Source: an uncultured Bacteroidota bacterium
GTDB taxonomy: Bacteria; Bacteroidota; Ignavibacteria; UBA10030; UBA6906
Direction: 5' to 3'
Assembly: GCA_963700635.1 (NCBI GenBank)
Contig: CAVOYH010000001.1
Span: forward strand, 256,001 to 320,000
Length of the DNA: 64,000 nucleotides
Shown here: piece after piece, positions 56,277 through 64,000 of the stretch
Numbering within the stretch: position 1 is the stretch's first letter
Layout of the letters: each line of letters starts with the position of its first letter
Translations under genes and position numbers: made by a program
Notes under the pieces: generated by a model
What the model was told of the DNA's origin: nothing
The model's database searches: none
Seen by the model: only the letters and a program-made list of their open reading frames with translations

Positions 56277-57119
56277 TTACACCTGAAAATGAGGGTCCGT
56301 AACAAATGTACGGTAACCCAGTGTCCGGAATGGTGCCGCGCAGGCCGAGGCAGAAACGGAGTCGGCAAAGAGGCCGTATACTGTGGAGCCGCTGCCCGAC
56401 ATAAGTGCAAAAGCAGCTCCCGCATCAAGCAGACGTTGTTTCAGATCACGGACCACAGGATACGCTGCAAACACAATGGGCTCAAAGTCATTACGGAGTG
56501 ATGTCCCGAGGATCGATGGTTTCTGCATCCCTGATCGTACCACGAATCTGAGGTCCTCCGCCTTCCCCGCTGTCCCGGGCCGGATCTGTCCATAGGCCCA
56601 GCGCGTTGCCACATGGACATTAGGGCTGCAGAGCAGGATAGCGTATGGAACGTCGAGTTGAAAATACTCTAGAATCTCACCCCGTCCCTTCGCGACTGCC
56701 GAACCCGAAGAGAGGAAATAGGGGACATCGGACCCGAGCCGGAGGGCGAGTGTCCGAAGAGCCTGTTCCGGAACAGTCGTCCCCCAGAATGAAGGGAGTT
56801 CTCGCAGGACCGTGGCAGCATCGGAACTGCCTCCGCCGAGACCCGCCCCGACGGGTATACGTTTCTCGATGTGAATATGTGCACCCTGTGTAACTCCCAG
56901 GTATTCCCGGAGAAGGACGGCTGCCTTGTAACAGATATTCGATGGGTCGCTCGGCGCATCGGGAGACGAGGATGTGACGACGAGGTCCGGGGCCGCAGTC
57001 AGATGGATTGTATCGGCGATGTCGATCCGGTGGAACACGGTTTCGATATTGTGAAAACCGTCCGGCCGTCGATCCACGACGTAGAGACCGATATTAATCT
57101 TTGCGTAGGCACGGAACAT
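56277..57119 (-). CDS. ispE: 4-diphosphocytidyl-2-C-methyl-D-erythritol kinase
   Basis: AKINIGL, R.DGFH.IET, KRIPVGAGLGGGSSDAA, LGSDVP, NDFE, MSGSGS. Confidence 0.96.
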   Translation of the reverse strand: MFRAYAKINIGLYVVDRRPDGFHNIETVFHRIDIADTIHLTAAPDLVVTSSSPDAPSDPSNICYKAAVLLREYLGVTQGAHIHIEKRIPVGAGLGGGSSDAATVLRELPSFWGTTVPEQALRTLALRLGSDVPYFLSSGSAVAKGRGEILEYFQLDVPYAILLCSPNVHVATRWAYGQIRPGTAGKAEDLRFVVRSGMQKPSILGTSLRNDFEPIVFAAYPVVRDLKQRLLDAGAAFALMSGSGSTVYGLFADSVSASACAAPFRTLGYRTFVTDPHFQV

Positions 57120-57166
57120 AGGGGATTCTGTTGAGAATAACGAAAAAATGAGACAAAAACACCTCT

Positions 57167-57195
57167 TTGATTGTCAATTCGTTTTTTTGTACAAT
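57167..57195 (+). promoter_or_regulatory. Putative sigma70 promoter of the symporter-kds-lpt operon
   Basis: TTGATT-17 nt-TACAAT. Confidence 0.6.
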
Positions 57196-57225
57196 GAACA
57201 ACTCAGTCACTTGCGAAACCCCGTC

Positions 57226-58776
57226 ATGGCGATACGCCTTCCCAGGCTGCAACTGCACAGCAAGATCCTCCTCGCGCTGATTCTGGGCGTCATTTTTGGT
57301 GCGCTCTTTAATGTGAGCAAGTATGAGCTCGCGATCAAGTCAACGGATGGGCGAAACGAAAGCTCGGTTGATGTTGTGGAGCACTGGACGGCCGTTGAGT
57401 TTGTTGATCCGCAGGGTGCGGTGATCGCCCGTTTGGGCCCTGAGGATCAACTCAGGGTCCTTTCTACGTTCAAGAGTCTGACGAAGGACCAGAAGAAGGG
57501 AATTGTGGTCTGGATACGCCGGGAGTCGACAGATGCCGGTGGCAGCGTTGTGAAGGCAGACCGGAAATTTGAACATGTGACCGGCATCGAAAAAGTTCAA
57601 ACGATTGCTGTTGCGATCAAGCCGGTCGGAACAGTCTTTATCCGGCTGCTGATGTTCGTGGCAATTCCCCTTGTACTTTCTTCGTTGATTGTGGGGGCGT
57701 CAAGCCTGGGCGACCTGCGAAAGGTCGGTCGGATAGGCGCAAAGACCGTGTTCTTTTACGCCGTGACGATCGTCTCGGCGATTTCGATTGGCCTGATTCT
57801 GGTGAATTACATCCAACCGGGCACCCGGCTCGGGCTTGAATCACGCGAACGGCTGATGTCTGAATTCCAGCCGAATATTCAGGAGAAAATTGAACAGGAA
57901 GCTTCTCTGGACATTCAGGAGATGCTCATCCGAATCGTTTCCACGAACCCCATCGACTCCATGGCCCGGGGCGACATGCTGCAGATCGTCTTTTTCGCCC
58001 TGATGATCGGTGTAAGTCTCACAGCCATTGCACCGCACAAAGCTATGCCTGTGATAGGATTCTTCGACGGTTTTAGCGACCTGATGATCAAGATGGTGGA
58101 TATAATCATGAAGGTGGCGCCGTACGGGGTGTTTGCTCTTATCGCGGCAACGGTGGGTGAATTCGGCTTCGGGATTCTTCAAACTCTTGCGTGGTATGCC
58201 GGAACGTTGCTGCTGGGATTTTTTCTGCACCAGTTCATCACACTCGGTATTCTCGTCCGCACGTTTGGAGGGCTCAATCCAATTCGGTTTTTCCGGGCCA
58301 TGAAGGAGGTGATGCTGATTGCTTTCAGCTCCAGTTCCAGCGCCGCGACGCTTCCCGTAAACATGGAAACGTGTGAACTTCGTCTTGGCGTTCCGAAGCA
58401 GATCACCAGTTTTGTCCTCCCCCTCGGGGCCACCATCAATATGGACGGAACGTCCATGTACCAGGCCGTTGCCACCGTATTCATCGCTCAGGTGTACGGG
58501 CTCGACCTGAATCTGTCAGCGCAATTAACCGTACTGTTCACCGCCGTGCTGGCCTCCATCGGTACCGCGCCCGTTCCCGGAGTCGGAATCGTCATCCTCA
58601 TCATCGTGCTGCGGTCCGTAAACGTTCCGGAAGAAGGGATTGCCCTTATTCTCGGCGTGGACCGCATCCTGGACATGTGCCGGACGGTTTTGAACGTAAG
58701 CGGTGATGCGGTTGTCGCGGTCATCATGGCAAAACAGGAAGGTGTTCTGGAGAATCCTGAAGGAATTGCAGCATGA
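57226..58776 (+). CDS. Dicarboxylate/amino acid:cation symporter (GltP/GltT family) with extra loop domain
   Basis: G..FIRLL, AFSSSSSAATLP, LPLGATINMDGT, SIGTAPVPG, DRILDMCRT.LNV.GD. Confidence 0.93.
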   Translation: MAIRLPRLQLHSKILLALILGVIFGALFNVSKYELAIKSTDGRNESSVDVVEHWTAVEFVDPQGAVIARLGPEDQLRVLSTFKSLTKDQKKGIVVWIRRESTDAGGSVVKADRKFEHVTGIEKVQTIAVAIKPVGTVFIRLLMFVAIPLVLSSLIVGASSLGDLRKVGRIGAKTVFFYAVTIVSAISIGLILVNYIQPGTRLGLESRERLMSEFQPNIQEKIEQEASLDIQEMLIRIVSTNPIDSMARGDMLQIVFFALMIGVSLTAIAPHKAMPVIGFFDGFSDLMIKMVDIIMKVAPYGVFALIAATVGEFGFGILQTLAWYAGTLLLGFFLHQFITLGILVRTFGGLNPIRFFRAMKEVMLIAFSSSSSAATLPVNMETCELRLGVPKQITSFVLPLGATINMDGTSMYQAVATVFIAQVYGLDLNLSAQLTVLFTAVLASIGTAPVPGVGIVILIIVLRSVNVPEEGIALILGVDRILDMCRTVLNVSGDAVVAVIMAKQEGVLENPEGIAA

Positions 58777-59597
58777 GTGTCATTATCGGGACGATCACCA
58801 TCGGCAGCGGACACCCTCTGGCGCTTATTGCCGGACCGTGTGTGATTGAGAGCCGCGATATGACGTTGCGAACGGCTGAAAGCGTGCGTGCCATAGCCGC
58901 GGCACACAACACACCCGTCATTTTCAAATCATCCTATCGTAAGGCAAACCGGACCAGCGGAACCGGCTTCTCCGGGCCGGGGATGGACGAGGGTCTCCGT
59001 ATTCTCGAGGAAGTCAGCACAGAGTTCGGCCTGCCCATTCTCACGGATATCCACACGGAAGCCGAAGCATCTGCCGCAGCGCAGGTCGCAGACATCCTGC
59101 AGATCCCTGCATTCCTGTGCCGCCAGACGGAGTTGCTCCGTGCTGCGGGAAACACGGGAAAGGCCGTTAATATCAAAAAGGGACAGTATCTTGCCCCCGG
59201 GGATATGCGCCATGCTGCGGAGAAAGTGCGTGAGACCGGCAACCAGCGGATTCTCCTGACCGAGCGGGGATCGATGTTCGGATATCACAATCTCGTGGTG
59301 GATATGCGTGCGTTACCCATCATGCGTTCGACAGGATGCCCCGTCATCCTGGATGCGACGCACTCGGTGCAATTGCCCGGGGGGGAGGCGGCAGGGAGCC
59401 GGTCCGGAGGACAACCCGAATTCATCTTTCCCATCGCCCGGGCCGGTGTAGCGGCCGGGTGTGATGCCCTCTTTGTGGAGGTGCATCCCGATCCCCTGTC
59501 AGCCCTCAGCGACGCCGCGAGCCAGTTACGCCTGGATCTGCTCGACCGGCTCTTGAGCCAGGTCCTTCCGATTCACCATCTTTCAAAGGAGTGGTAG
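58773..59597 (+). CDS. kdsA: KDO 8-phosphate synthase
   Basis: IAGPCVIES, KANRTS, QIPAFLCRQT, NIKKGQ, ERG, DATHSVQ.P, EVHPDP..A.SD. Confidence 0.96.
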   Translation: MSVIIGTITIGSGHPLALIAGPCVIESRDMTLRTAESVRAIAAAHNTPVIFKSSYRKANRTSGTGFSGPGMDEGLRILEEVSTEFGLPILTDIHTEAEASAAAQVADILQIPAFLCRQTELLRAAGNTGKAVNIKKGQYLAPGDMRHAAEKVRETGNQRILLTERGSMFGYHNLVVDMRALPIMRSTGCPVILDATHSVQLPGGEAAGSRSGGQPEFIFPIARAGVAAGCDALFVEVHPDPLSALSDAASQLRLDLLDRLLSQVLPIHHLSKEW

Positions 59598-60131
59598 ATG
59601 CCTGCACGCCGGTCAATACGATCCAGGGTCCTTCCCGTCAAGATGTTGCTCCTGGATGTTGATGGAGTGATGACCGATGGCGGATTGTATTATGGAGCCG
59701 ATGGTGTCGAGCTCAAACGATTTGACGCACACGACGGATATGGCGTGGTGAGGGCATCCGAGCATGGTCTCCGCATCGGGATCATCAGCGGCAGATCGAC
59801 GCCCATCGTGGAAGCCCGTGCACGGGTGCTCCACATTGAGGATGTATTTCAGGGTTCGATGGACAAGGTCACGCCCATGCGGGATCTCCAGCGGAAGTAT
59901 GGACTCCAGGAACATGAATTTGCGTTTATCGGAGATGAGCTGTTTGACATTCCCTTGCTGAGCCTCGTGGGATTTTCTGCAGGACCCCGGAACGCCCGGC
60001 CAGAGGTCAAACGTGTGGTGGACTACGTGACAAAATCACGGGGCGGCGACGGTGCGGTGAGGGAAGTGATAGAGCTCATCATTGCACATCAATCGCACTC
60101 CCCACAGGGGAAGAAAAGACGGCACCAATAA
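59598..60131 (+). CDS. kdsC: KDO 8-phosphate phosphatase
   Basis: LDVDGVMTDG, F...DG.G, ISGR, FIGD...D, GG.GAVRE. Confidence 0.92.
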   Translation: MPARRSIRSRVLPVKMLLLDVDGVMTDGGLYYGADGVELKRFDAHDGYGVVRASEHGLRIGIISGRSTPIVEARARVLHIEDVFQGSMDKVTPMRDLQRKYGLQEHEFAFIGDELFDIPLLSLVGFSAGPRNARPEVKRVVDYVTKSRGGDGAVREVIELIIAHQSHSPQGKKRRHQ

Positions 60132-60147
60132 CCCCGGACAGGATTGT

Positions 60148-61137
60148 ATGAGCGACGACCAGACAGCGATCGACAAAGGGAGGGAAGTCGTCCGTATTGA
60201 AAAGGACGCCGTAGCAGCGCTTGAACAGCGTATCAGCCTTGATTTTGCCCGGGCTGTGGATCTTCTCGCTGCGTGCAAGGGAAGGGTCATTGTGACAGGC
60301 GTGGGAAAATCAGGCATCATCGCCCGAAAAATAGTTGCCACGATGAACTCCACGGCCACTTCCGCAGTGTTCCTTCATCCCACCGATGCGGTACATGGTG
60401 ATCTCGGGATGGTTCGGAAAGACGATGTGGTGATATGTCTTTCGAAAAGCGGAAACACCGATGAACTCAACACGCTCATACCCATGTTCAAGCGGATCGG
60501 TGTCCCGATTATCTCCCTTGTCGGGCGCATGAATTCCATGCTGGCACATGAGTCGACGGTGGCCCTGGATGCGTCGGTGGAAGAAGAAGCGTGTCCGCTG
60601 GACCTCGCGCCCACATCGTCAACCACTGTCGCCCTGGTGCTCGGCGATGCTCTTGCGATAGCCCTCCTGGACCGGCGGCATTTCCAGAAGGAAGATTTTG
60701 CACTGTACCATCCGGGCGGGACGCTGGGTAAACGGCTTCTGCTGAAGGTGGATGAACTCATGGTTAGCGGTACGGACGTTCCTCAGGTGCGCAGCGACGT
60801 TCCTCTCCGGGACGCCATCATGGAGATGACCAGCAAACGGCTCGGGTGTACCTGTGTTGTCCGGGAGGATGGGACACTCGAAGGGATTATTACCGATGGG
60901 GATTTGCGGCGGCTTCTTCAGACGACCACGGACATCTCGCACATGACGGGGGGGATGGCAATGACGCGCAGCCCCAAGACCGTCCGGCAGGGTTCTCTGG
61001 CGGCGGTCGTGCTGCAGGAGATGGAGACCTACAAGATCACCCAGATTATCGTGGTGAATGACGCACATCGGCCGGTCGGGGTGGTGCACCTTCACGATCT
61101 TGTGAACGCCGGACTGGGGGGGGAAGAAGGATTGTGA
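60148..61137 (+). CDS. kdsD: Arabinose 5-phosphate isomerase (SIS + CBS)
   Basis: GVGKSG..A.K, HP.DA.HGDLG, SKSG, EACP.DLAPTSST, HPGG.LG, tandem CBS domains. Confidence 0.94.
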   Translation: MSDDQTAIDKGREVVRIEKDAVAALEQRISLDFARAVDLLAACKGRVIVTGVGKSGIIARKIVATMNSTATSAVFLHPTDAVHGDLGMVRKDDVVICLSKSGNTDELNTLIPMFKRIGVPIISLVGRMNSMLAHESTVALDASVEEEACPLDLAPTSSTTVALVLGDALAIALLDRRHFQKEDFALYHPGGTLGKRLLLKVDELMVSGTDVPQVRSDVPLRDAIMEMTSKRLGCTCVVREDGTLEGIITDGDLRRLLQTTTDISHMTGGMAMTRSPKTVRQGSLAAVVLQEMETYKITQIIVVNDAHRPVGVVHLHDLVNAGLGGEEGL

Positions 61138-61664
61138 AACGTCTCGTTGCGCTGTTGATATGCGGCATGCTGCTCGCAGGATGTGAAGAGAAGGTGAAGC
61201 CAAGGGTTGTACCCCTGTCCACCACCGAAATCCCATCGCAGGAAAGCTGGAACAGCACGGTGGTGTTCTCGGATTCGGCCCGTCTCAAGGCCGTCCTCTG
61301 GGCCGGCCACATCGCGGTATTTTCCGGAAGACAGATTACGGAGATGCGTGACAGCATCCGGATTGACTTCTACGATGCTTTTGAACAGCACACATCATTA
61401 CTCACGGCCCGGCGCGGGGTTGTTCATGATGCAACACGTGACCTCGAGGCCTATGAAAACGTCGTGGTGGTGTCAGACAGCGGGACAATCCTCAAGACGG
61501 AACGACTCTTCTGGAACAACGCCACCCGGAAGATCCATACCGACGCATTTGTGGATATCCGCTCTCCCCACGAACACATCAAGGGCCATGGTATGGAAAG
61601 TGATCAGGGGTTGAAGCACTATAAGATTTTCCAGGTGACGGGACAGGCGTTGACCGATGAATAA
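61134..61664 (+). CDS. lptC: LPS export periplasmic protein LptC
   Basis: Lipobox LLAGC, beta-jellyroll-type sequence (L.TE.L.W...I.TD..V.I), located between kdsD and lptA/lptB. Confidence 0.85.
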   Translation: MKRLVALLICGMLLAGCEEKVKPRVVPLSTTEIPSQESWNSTVVFSDSARLKAVLWAGHIAVFSGRQITEMRDSIRIDFYDAFEQHTSLLTARRGVVHDATRDLEAYENVVVVSDSGTILKTERLFWNNATRKIHTDAFVDIRSPHEHIKGHGMESDQGLKHYKIFQVTGQALTDE

Positions 61665-62949
61665 GGTCTGGTGGATCGGATCAACTGTGGCTGTGCTCTT
61701 CATCCTTGGCCCGGAACCGTTCGTGTTCGCTCAGCCCTCAAACGTTATTGTGCTTCAGCATGCCGACAGTCTGATCGGGCGCGTTATCAACGGAGAGGAC
61801 GCCCGGGAATTGGTCGGTAATGTGTTTATTACACAGGGAAACGTTCGCATCCGCTGTGACCGCGCCCTCCAGTTTATCACACGTGGCACCGTGGAATTGA
61901 TGGGCAACGTAGTCGTCGAAGATGACAGTCTCATCATCAAAGCCCCCCGTGGCTTCTACCACCGGGATCCACGGCGGGCTGAGGCATTTGGGCGGGTTAC
62001 CCTCGACGATGGAGTTTCACGTCTGGAGGCGGACTACGGAGAATACTCCGTTGAAGCCAGAACGGCGTTCTTCCGTTCAAAGGTTGTGGCGACAGATTCA
62101 CTGTCCATTCTCAATGCGGACACGGTTTACTACCACCGTACGCACCGTCTTATGGATGCCCGGGGCCGTGTTGTGCTCTACAACACTCCGGACCGTGTTA
62201 CCGTCAGCGGCGGCCGTTTTGAACACAACGGGGCGCTTTCGTACAGCCGGATGACGGAATCGCCGGTTCTCGTGCAGCACGATTCAACCGCAGGTGGTAC
62301 GGACACTCTTATCGTGCGCAGCAGGATTATGGAGTCCTTCCGCGATTCCACCCGCCGGCTCCTGGCATCGGACAGTGTCCAGATCATCCGAAGTGACCTT
62401 GCAGGGATTGCCGGATCGGTCGTCTTTTTTACCGCAGCCGACAGCATGCTGTTGCGTTCCTCTCCGGTTCTCTGGTACGGTACAACCCAGGTGACCGGCG
62501 ACTCGATCAACCTGTACCTCCGGCGCCGGGCGCTCGACCGGATCACCGTGATGGGTAATGCGTTTGCGGTCTCCCGGAGCGACTCTGTGTTTTCAGGGCG
62601 GTATGATCAGCTCACCGGGGACTGGCTCACCATGACATTCGCTGAAAAGAAACTTGACCGTATCGATGTGGAGACGAGAGCCACGAGTGTGTATTTTTTG
62701 TATGAAGATTCTGCTGCGAACGGCCTCAACAAGACCAGCGGCGATCGTATCCTGATGCGTTTTGCAGGGGGGCAGGCCAACTCGATCCACGTCTATGGAG
62801 GGGTTGAGGGTCAGTATTTCCCGGAGCCGATGGTCGCACGGCGTGAAGCTGAATACCGTCTCCCCGGTTTTCTGTGGCGCGAGAATCGGCCGTTGATTCG
62901 TGCTTCCGATAGTGTGCCGGAACGTCGGCTGCGGATATTCCCTCACTGA
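61657..62949 (+). CDS. OstA/LptA-like periplasmic protein (long, multi-repeat form)
   Basis: Repeated GNV/D.S beta-jellyroll motifs, signal peptide, position between lptC and lptB. Confidence 0.8.
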   Translation: MNKVWWIGSTVAVLFILGPEPFVFAQPSNVIVLQHADSLIGRVINGEDARELVGNVFITQGNVRIRCDRALQFITRGTVELMGNVVVEDDSLIIKAPRGFYHRDPRRAEAFGRVTLDDGVSRLEADYGEYSVEARTAFFRSKVVATDSLSILNADTVYYHRTHRLMDARGRVVLYNTPDRVTVSGGRFEHNGALSYSRMTESPVLVQHDSTAGGTDTLIVRSRIMESFRDSTRRLLASDSVQIIRSDLAGIAGSVVFFTAADSMLLRSSPVLWYGTTQVTGDSINLYLRRRALDRITVMGNAFAVSRSDSVFSGRYDQLTGDWLTMTFAEKKLDRIDVETRATSVYFLYEDSAANGLNKTSGDRILMRFAGGQANSIHVYGGVEGQYFPEPMVARREAEYRLPGFLWRENRPLIRASDSVPERRLRIFPH

Positions 62950-62987
62950 CATCTGTTTGCGAGAAAGTACTATGGAAAGGTCATCCC

Positions 62988-63734
62988 GTGCCTGCTGAGC
63001 CCCGCGTGTTGCGTGCGGACAATCTGGTGAAGCGTTACAAAAAACGTACAGTCGTGCGTCAGGTCACCATCGAAGTGCGGCAGGGAGAGATCGTCGGGCT
63101 CCTCGGACCGAATGGTGCGGGGAAGACTACAACATTCTATATGATTGTCGGCATGATCCGTCCGAACGAGGGAAAAGTGTTTCTCGACAAAAACGAGATC
63201 ACAACGATGGCGATGTATAAGCGCGCGCGTATGGGCATTGGGTATCTCTCCCAGGAGGCTTCCATCTTTCGGAAAATGACCGTCGAAGAAAATCTGATGT
63301 CGGTGCTGCAGTTGATGACTATGTCACTATCAGAACGGCGGCAGCGCTGTGACCAACTGATGTCGGATTTCAACATCACCCATCTGGCCCGGAGTAAGGG
63401 GTATATGCTCTCGGGCGGGGAACGCCGGCGCACGGAGATAGCCCGCGCACTCGCCGGGGATCCCGGCTTTATCCTTCTGGATGAACCGTTTGCGGGTATT
63501 GATCCGATCGCAGTGGAAGAAATTATGCGGATCGTGAGGACGCTAAAAACCCGCAACATTGGTGTGCTGGTAACGGATCACAACGTGCATGAGACTCTCT
63601 CCATAACCGACCGGGCCTATCTTCTGTTTGAAGGGCAGATCCTGAAGGCCGGGACTTCGGAGATGCTTGCGAGTGATCCGGAGGCACGCAAGCTTTACCT
63701 CGGTGAGAAATTCAAGCTGGACCGGTACGACTGA
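62988..63734 (+). CDS. lptB: LPS export ABC transporter ATPase
   Basis: GPNGAGKTTTFYMIVG, GIGYL.QE.SIFR, LSGGERRR.EIAR, DEPFAGIDP, TDHNV.ETL. Confidence 0.96.
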   Translation: MPAEPRVLRADNLVKRYKKRTVVRQVTIEVRQGEIVGLLGPNGAGKTTTFYMIVGMIRPNEGKVFLDKNEITTMAMYKRARMGIGYLSQEASIFRKMTVEENLMSVLQLMTMSLSERRQRCDQLMSDFNITHLARSKGYMLSGGERRRTEIARALAGDPGFILLDEPFAGIDPIAVEEIMRIVRTLKTRNIGVLVTDHNVHETLSITDRAYLLFEGQILKAGTSEMLASDPEARKLYLGEKFKLDRYD

Positions 63735-63741
63735 CTGCGGC

Positions 63742-64000
63742 TTATTGTTTGTCCTTGGCGCCGGATGCGGGAGTTGACGGCGGGGTGGGCGTGGCCGGTG
63801 CTGCCGGTGTCTCCGACTTCTTGGTTTCCTCCTGCTTGACCTGCGGTTTCTTTTCTTCCTTCCGATAGTCCGTAAGATAGAACCCTGACCCCTTAAAAAT
63901 TAATCCGGCCCCCCCGCCCATCACCCGGATAAGATTCTCCGTCTTACACGCAGGGCACAGGGTCAGCGGATCCTCAACAAATGACTGCAACTCCTCAAGT
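63742..64000 (-). CDS. FmdB-family zinc-ribbon protein (5'-truncated by window edge)
   Basis: E.LQSF.EDPLT.CPAC....L.R.......IFKGSGFY.TDY followed by a low-complexity tail. Confidence 0.85.
   Translation of the reverse strand, partial: LEELQSFVEDPLTLCPACKTENLIRVMGGGAGLIFKGSGFYLTDYRKEEKKPQVKQEETKKSETPAAPATPTPPSTPASGAKDKQ

Noticed and set aside
1-64000. CRISPR arrays, tRNA/rRNA genes, IS elements, integrases, prophage or defence genes
   Set aside because: None seen by eye. Intergenic gaps are short, there are no regularly spaced repeats, and no ORF shows transposase, integrase or phage motifs. A tRNAscan/Infernal run would confirm.

Overview
A 64 kb gene-dense (roughly 58% GC by eye) core-genome segment from a Gram-negative bacterium of the FCB group, most likely Ignavibacteriota-like. 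That assignment is inference from a T9SS-type C-terminal sorting domain, a DUF2723 protein, and canonical sigma70 TTGACA/TATAAT-type promoters with Shine-Dalgarno sites. About 58 CDSs are present: leucine-type acyl-CoA catabolism, a sigma54 response regulator, rlmB-lgt-PTS IIA-NDP-sugar pyrophosphorylase/PMM-larB, plsY-htrA-purB-ALDH-lat (lysine catabolism), an S8 protease, nadE-rsmI-GH13, CIRCE-controlled groESL, a TetR-regulated YbhGFSR/TolC-like efflux operon, a convergent MacAB-like ABC operon, OPT-pepT-GH20, lepA-lepB-lepB-hemW, DUF2723-GT4, a TonB-dependent receptor, ispE, a GltP-like symporter and kdsA-kdsC-kdsD-lptC-lptA-lptB. I saw no rRNA, tRNA, CRISPR array or mobile element. The best novelty candidate is an 18-codon ORF (MTRQPLYNVSLFEHNEFF*) between the aldehyde dehydrogenase and lat. 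Its stop codon lies 3 nt from a perfect 10-bp anti-Shine-Dalgarno stem that sequesters the lat ribosome-binding site, suggesting a leader/arrest-peptide translational switch for lysine catabolism. Other signals are a terminator-like hairpin in the lepA leader, paired 28-bp TetR operators, several probable leaderless mRNAs, a GltP with an extra ~95-aa domain, and five +1 frameshifts in GH13/groEL that are probably sequencing errors.
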